64,000 bases of DNA from Eledone cirrhosa. Taxonomy: Eukaryota. The notes under the pieces were generated by a model. That model saw nothing but the letters and a program-made list of their open reading frames with translations. It ran no database searches and had not been told where the DNA came from. Made by a program: the position numbers and the translations under genes. The DNA lies in the NCBI GenBank assembly GCA_964016885.1, contig OZ024757.1, positions 25,048,001 to 25,112,000 on the forward strand, written 5' to 3'. Positions 63,267-64,000 of this stretch are shown piece after piece; the stretch's first letter is position 1; the number at the start of each line of letters is the position of its first letter.

Positions 63267-64000
63267 AAATTAATCCTACCAAACCCCCACCACTCCTACA
63301 ACTGTTAGCTGTTAGACCACCCCAGCACCACCCAACCTCCGTTCTAGTCCCACCGTTAGAACCAATGCTGCTTACCCTGCCTCTTTTACTAGTTCACTCC
63401 GTCGCTCGAATTTCAAAGCTGGCCCTCTACACTTGGTCGTTGCCAGCTCACCACCTGGTTGTGCTCTCTGTGTCCGCACTAGCCGGTACCTAAACACAAT
63501 AAAATGTCACCTGTGCTACCAAAACTACCACAGGAACTCTGTCGGCATCAGCAAGGCTCAAGCCGAAAGGCTTCAATACTAGACCTGTAATCAGGGCCAC
63601 TTTACCTCCGACGACCAGCTTTCTACCGATTGTGTGTTGATGGAGGGGACATGAGACCAGCAAAGTCCGAGGAGTAGAGACTAGTAAATAATAAACGGTC
63701 CTAGCTATGTTAAGAATATATATAAGAAAAATGTACTATACATTTAAGAAGACAAGAGAAATAAATATTTACCTCTTTCATGTAGGTAATATAGCGGTGT
63801 TATAAAAGTAATTATACGACCGGTGTAACAGTCGGTATAAATGAAAGATGTAGAAATAAAAGTTGCAACAATGACATGAATAAAGATACATTAATTTAAT
63901 ATGAGCAAGAATAAATATTTAATGGAATTAATTAAGTGTAATTTAATAAGAAATAAGATATAAGTAAAACAGTAAAAGAAACAATAACAAACAAAATGGA

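Larger units (their letters stand above)
1..64000. repeat. Tandem macro-repeat (segmental duplication array) of two module types, order X(partial)-X-Y-Y-X-Y(partial)
   Basis: Anchor gaagtttgg(t/c)cgtattatat at 1, 10821, 27828, 42066, 51647; near-identical ORF-track peptides recur at matching offsets; module switch points lie in the shared core near 2870, 13640, 28700, 42955, 54560. Confidence 0.95.

Overview
This is AT-rich, microsatellite-laden eukaryotic DNA. The SINE, MITE and LINE-tail sequences resemble those I recall from coleoid cephalopod (Octopus-like) genomes; that assignment is an inference. No intact protein-coding gene, rRNA, genuine tRNA or CRISPR array is supportable, and most ORF-track entries are (TA)n/(GA)n artefacts or decayed transposon pieces. 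The whole window is a young tandem macro-repeat: the anchor gaagtttgg(t/c)cgtattatat recurs at 1, 10821, 27828, 42066 and 51647. It is built from two alternative modules sharing a core, in the irregular order X(partial)-X-Y-Y-X-Y(partial). Module X (about 11 kb) carries a 55-bp satellite, CRE-like fragments and a full ~1.5-kb (TA)n-centred palindrome. Module Y (about 14-15 kb) carries a deleted Helitron RepHel, a decayed RTE-clade LINE with an in-ORF PHD finger, several SINEs and a palindrome with most of one arm deleted. The shared core holds a 34-bp minisatellite, a 65-nt minus-strand exon-like segment, and a CR1-like LINE 3' end whose last ORF2 codons have been amplified into a 61-bp satellite. 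Most notable: the two-module mosaic array, the LINE-born satellite that also sits inside the Helitron, the amplified foldback, and a possible spliced minus-strand non-coding transcript antisense to the large TE relics.
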